This document shows, piece by piece, positions 60,321 through 64,000 of a stretch of 64,000 bases of DNA (within the stretch, counting starts at the first letter, position 1; each line of letters begins with the position of its first letter). The notes beneath the pieces were generated by a model, which was given only the letters and a program-made list of their open reading frames with translations, was not told where the DNA came from and made no database searches. Both the position numbers and the translations under genes were made by a program. Origin of the DNA: Arenicellales bacterium (GTDB taxonomy: Bacteria; Pseudomonadota; Gammaproteobacteria; Arenicellales; JAHEKD01); NCBI GenBank assembly GCA_028284225.1, contig JANQSD010000022.1, forward strand, positions 163,777-227,776, read 5' to 3'.

Positions 60321-62987
60321 ATGCTAGATACTGCTGCTACGCCTGTAACCACTACGATTTATAGAAAAGACTACCAGCCCCCGGCTTTTCTGGTTGATGC
60401 AATTAAATTAACGTTTGAATTGGATGAGGAGCAAACCAAAGTTACAAGTCAGTTGCAGATGTCTTGTAATCCTGAGGCTGAGAAAACCAATACATTAATT
60501 CTTGATGGTGATGAACTGATTCCAGAACGGATTATCCTCAATGGAAAAGAGCTGGAGGGTGCAGAATATCATTATGACGAGCTTGCTTTAACCATTAATC
60601 AGATTCCGGAGCAGTTTGAATTAGAAATAACTACGTTAATCCAACCGCAGAAAAACACCAAATTAATGGGTTTGTACAAGTCCGCAGGAAATTTTTGCAC
60701 ACAGTGTGAAGCTGAAGGATTCAGAAAAATCACCTTTTTCCCTGATCGCCCTGATGTGTTGACCACCTACACAGTAATGATTTATGCGGATAAAGAAAAA
60801 TATCCGGTGTTGCTTTCTAACGGCAACAGGATAGATGCCGGAGAGGATGAAAATGGTCGGCATTGGGTGCATTGGCATGATCCTTTCCCCAAACCCAGCT
60901 ATTTGTTTGCACTGGTTGCCGGTGACCTGGAAAAAATTACGGATACCTTTACCACAGCATCCGGTCGTCAAGTGGCATTGGAAATTTACAGCGAAGCACA
61001 CAATATCGATCAATGTGATTTCGCATTGGAATCGTTAAGAAAATCCATGCGCTGGGATGAGCAGGTTTACGGCCTGGAATATGATCTTGATATTTTTATG
61101 ATTGTCGCCGTTGATGATTTCAATATGGGCGCGATGGAGAACAAGGGATTGAATGTTTTCAATACCAAATATGTTCTGGCACACAGTGACACAGCAACTG
61201 ATAACGACTTTCTTGGTGTTGAAAGCGTTATTGCCCATGAGTATTTCCATAACTGGTCGGGCAATCGGGTTACCTGTCGAGACTGGTTTCAGCTCAGTTT
61301 AAAAGAAGGGTTTACAGTTTTTCGGGATCAGGAATTTAGTGCGGATATGCATTCTCGCGGGGTCAAACGTGTTGAGGATGTCAACGTATTGCGTACCTAT
61401 CAGTTCCGTGAAGATGCCGGCCCCATGGCACATCCGGTGCGGCCTGAGTCTTATCAGGAAATTAATAACTTTTATACGCTCACGGTCTATAACAAGGGTG
61501 CTGAAGTGGTGCGGATGTTATCAACCATTGTCGGGAAACATGGGTTTCGTCAAGGCAGCGATTTATATTTTCAACGTCACGATGGTCAGGCCGTCACGAT
61601 TGAAGATTTTGTCACGGCTATGGAAAATGCCAATAATGTCGATTTGCAACAGTTCAGGCGCTGGTATTCTCAGGCAGGTACGCCTAACCTGAAAGTCAGG
61701 GAGAGTTATGATCGCGAGTCCTTGCAATACAAATTGTCAATTGAACAATCTTGCCCTGATTCACCGGGTCAAAACGACAAGCAACCGTTTCATATTCCGA
61801 TTAAATTGGGTTTATTGGATAAAACCGGTAACGAAATCCCATTAATCACTGAAGACCCTGACATCAGCGTTGAAACATCAGGTTTGAATGCGGTGTTAAA
61901 TCTTAGCCAACAACAGCAGCAATTTATTTTCAAGCAAGTTGCCGAGCAGCCGGTCTGTTCATTTTTAAGAGGTTTTTCCGCGCCGGTTAACCTTGATTTT
62001 GAACAAGATATCACTGCTTTAAGTCATTTGATGGCCTATGATTCCGATTTATTTAATCGCTGGGAGGCTGCCCAACGATTAATGCGGCAAACCTTGTTGC
62101 AGTTAATCAACGCAGCACAGAATGATTCAGTGTTAAAGTTGCCTGATTATTTAATTGAGGCAGTCGGTCAGGTTCTGACAGCAGACATAACTGATCAGTC
62201 TCTAACAGCGCTTTCCTTGGTGCCGCCCAGTGAGATTTATTTATCGCAGCAAGTTAAAGTTATCGACCCGGATGCGATTCACCAGGCCAGGGAGTTCATG
62301 ATTAAGGAGCTTGCACGAATCCATAAGCACCAATGGCTTAAGCTTTATGAGAACCTTAATGATTCTGGTGATTATATTATTGACCAGGTTCATGTGGGTC
62401 AACGCAGCCTGCGTCAGGTTTGCCTGAATTATCTGATATCGCTGGATGATCAAGAAGTTTGGCAGATTGCATTAAACCAATATGAATCTGCCAACAATAT
62501 GACGGAACGTCTGGCGGCATTCCAGGCATTGGTTAAATCATCCAGCCCGCAGGCTCAAAACATTATTGATGATTTTTATTCTAAATTTGAGCAACATGCG
62601 CTGGCGATGGATAAATGGTTAGCTGTGCAGGCAACAGTCGCCAAGCCAGATACCTTGGCGCGGATAAAACAGCTAGAGAAAAAACGCATATTTGATCGTA
62701 AAAATCCTAACAAATTACGCTCTTTGGTCGGCACATTTGTGGCCCAGAACCCAACCTGTTTTCATGCACTGAATGGTAGCGGTTATGAATATTTGACAAA
62801 CTGGTTGATCGAACTTGATCCGGTTAATCCGCAAGTTGCAGCTCGTTTGGCCGGCTCATTCAATAGCTGGCGCAGTTATGATCAAGCCCGTCAGGATTTA
62901 ATGAAGACGTCGCTTGAAAAAATCAACAATAACAAAGGTCTTTCTAAAGACGTCAAGGAAATAGTCAGTAAAGCACTGGCTGCATGA
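60321..62987 (+). CDS. pepN: Aminopeptidase N
   Basis: GAMEN motif, the zinc motif HEYFHNWSGNRVTCRDWFQLSLKEG, and 888 aa. Confidence 0.95.
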   Translation: MLDTAATPVTTTIYRKDYQPPAFLVDAIKLTFELDEEQTKVTSQLQMSCNPEAEKTNTLILDGDELIPERIILNGKELEGAEYHYDELALTINQIPEQFELEITTLIQPQKNTKLMGLYKSAGNFCTQCEAEGFRKITFFPDRPDVLTTYTVMIYADKEKYPVLLSNGNRIDAGEDENGRHWVHWHDPFPKPSYLFALVAGDLEKITDTFTTASGRQVALEIYSEAHNIDQCDFALESLRKSMRWDEQVYGLEYDLDIFMIVAVDDFNMGAMENKGLNVFNTKYVLAHSDTATDNDFLGVESVIAHEYFHNWSGNRVTCRDWFQLSLKEGFTVFRDQEFSADMHSRGVKRVEDVNVLRTYQFREDAGPMAHPVRPESYQEINNFYTLTVYNKGAEVVRMLSTIVGKHGFRQGSDLYFQRHDGQAVTIEDFVTAMENANNVDLQQFRRWYSQAGTPNLKVRESYDRESLQYKLSIEQSCPDSPGQNDKQPFHIPIKLGLLDKTGNEIPLITEDPDISVETSGLNAVLNLSQQQQQFIFKQVAEQPVCSFLRGFSAPVNLDFEQDITALSHLMAYDSDLFNRWEAAQRLMRQTLLQLINAAQNDSVLKLPDYLIEAVGQVLTADITDQSLTALSLVPPSEIYLSQQVKVIDPDAIHQAREFMIKELARIHKHQWLKLYENLNDSGDYIIDQVHVGQRSLRQVCLNYLISLDDQEVWQIALNQYESANNMTERLAAFQALVKSSSPQAQNIIDDFYSKFEQHALAMDKWLAVQATVAKPDTLARIKQLEKKRIFDRKNPNKLRSLVGTFVAQNPTCFHALNGSGYEYLTNWLIELDPVNPQVAARLAGSFNSWRSYDQARQDLMKTSLEKINNNKGLSKDVKEIVSKALAA

Positions 62988-64000
62988 GCGATAACGTCGT
63001 AATCGTCTGGTTTCGTGAAGACCTCAGGCTTGAGGATAATCCCGCATTTTTTACCGCCTGCCAAAAAGCAAAACATATTATTCCGGTATACATCTTTGAT
63101 GATCAGAACTCAGGACGTTGGCCATTGGGTGCTGCCAGCCGTTGGTGGCTGGAGCGTAGCCTGACCTCCCTGGCTCAACAACTTAAACGTCATGGCAATG
63201 AATTACTATTTTTCAAAGGTGATGCGCTGGAGGTTCTAAGCAAAATCGCCGCAAGGTCTAATGCCGCTGCAGTGTACTGGAATCGACTTTACGGCCCTGC
63301 TCAAATTGAACGGGACAAAAAAGTTAAAAGTACGTTAAGGCAATCTGGCATTGATGCTGTCTCGTTAAAAGGAAACGTGTTGATCGAACCCTGGAAAGTC
63401 TTAAATAAAAGCGATCAGCCCTATAAAGTTTTCACACCGTATTGGAATAGAGTAAAGCAACTATTAGTTAACCAGCCACCGTCGATATACCCCTTACTTG
63501 ATGCCATACCGTCTGCACCCAAAAAATTACCGGATTCGATGACCATAAAGTCACTAAAGTTATACACAGGCGACGTGGATTGGGCACGAGACTTCCCTGA
63601 CTACTGGCAGCCGGGTGTCGGCGGAGCTAAAAACCTAAAAAATACATTCATAGACGCGGCAATTGATAATTATTCAAATCAGCGTGATTTACCCGATGTA
63701 GACGGTACTTCAAGATTATCACCGCATCTTCATTTTGGTGAACTTAGTGTAAACCAGCTATGGTTCGATATTTGGCAATCGCTGCAGTCCGAGTCACAAG
63801 CTACACAACAGCAGTTATGGTCATACTTAAGACAATTAGTATGGCGAGATTTTAGTCAATATTTACTGTTTCATTTTAAGCAGATCGATGAGCAACCCTT
63901 TCGGCCTGAATTTACTGAATTTCCATGGCAGCATGATCAGCAGTCGCTTCAATTGTGGCAGCAGGGGAAAACCGGTTATCCCCTGGTAGATGCAGGAATG
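62984..64000 (+). CDS. phr: Deoxyribodipyrimidine photolyase (class I CPD photolyase/cryptochrome family), 3'-truncated by the window edge
   Basis: My translation from ATG 62984 (overlapping the pepN TGA): MSDNVVIVWFREDLRLEDNPAFF...YKVFTPYWN...SRLSPHLHFGELS...GKTGYPLVDAGM. It stays in frame to position 64000. Confidence 0.85.
   Translation, partial: MSDNVVIVWFREDLRLEDNPAFFTACQKAKHIIPVYIFDDQNSGRWPLGAASRWWLERSLTSLAQQLKRHGNELLFFKGDALEVLSKIAARSNAAAVYWNRLYGPAQIERDKKVKSTLRQSGIDAVSLKGNVLIEPWKVLNKSDQPYKVFTPYWNRVKQLLVNQPPSIYPLLDAIPSAPKKLPDSMTIKSLKLYTGDVDWARDFPDYWQPGVGGAKNLKNTFIDAAIDNYSNQRDLPDVDGTSRLSPHLHFGELSVNQLWFDIWQSLQSESQATQQQLWSYLRQLVWRDFSQYLLFHFKQIDEQPFRPEFTEFPWQHDQQSLQLWQQGKTGYPLVDAGM

Noticed and set aside
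1-64000. A prophage, integrative element or genomic island with defined borders.
   Set aside because: No integrase, transposase, tRNA attachment site or phage structural genes other than the lone sheath were recognised. Accessory character is inferred only from gene content and repeat density.

Overview
64-kb chromosomal segment. Gene content (NhaD antiporters, PepN, EngB, GlpK, a CUT1 ABC transporter with DUF2160, Co-type nitrile hydratase) suggests a marine or aquatic gammaproteobacterium; this is inference. I support about 58 protein-coding genes. I recognise no rRNA, tRNA, CRISPR array, integrase or transposase. Everything here comes from reading the sequence and the supplied translations by eye. 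No searches or statistics were run, and family names rest on motif-level recognition.

Layout:
- 1-15.5 kb: a catabolic island with two family-5 binding proteins, IclR and TetR regulators, a non-pyrrolysine MttB-family methyltransferase translationally coupled to a truncated DMGDH-like flavoenzyme, an amidohydrolase, an unknown 483-aa protein, a miniature C15 peptidase, a SAM methyltransferase, an AruI/AruH-like decarboxylase/transaminase pair and GcdH.
- 15.5-25 kb: mostly housekeeping genes.
- 25-45 kb: an accessory patchwork with an orphan binding protein plus PHP hydrolase, a solitary intact contractile-tail sheath gene, two group II PLP decarboxylases, a sulfatase, a CysK-like/rhodanese/Co-nitrile-hydratase unit, a GIY-YIG pseudogene, and an Stf0-amidase-MATE operon.
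- 45-64 kb: a glycerol-type ABC operon, a MarR regulator, a repeat-bearing cytochrome c4, engB, two nhaD paralogs, pepN and phr.

Three families of small non-coding repeats populate the intergenic DNA:
- A: hairpins with conserved CGTCAT...ATCC ends, clustered around the GIY-YIG gene.
- B: mosaic CCCCTCC/GGAGGGG-ended elements.
- C: 178-bp TIR MITEs.

The observations I consider most worth follow-up are the lone sheath gene, the GIY-YIG/hairpin association, the MttB island with its shared operator motif, and the CysK-like/rhodanese/nitrile-hydratase module.
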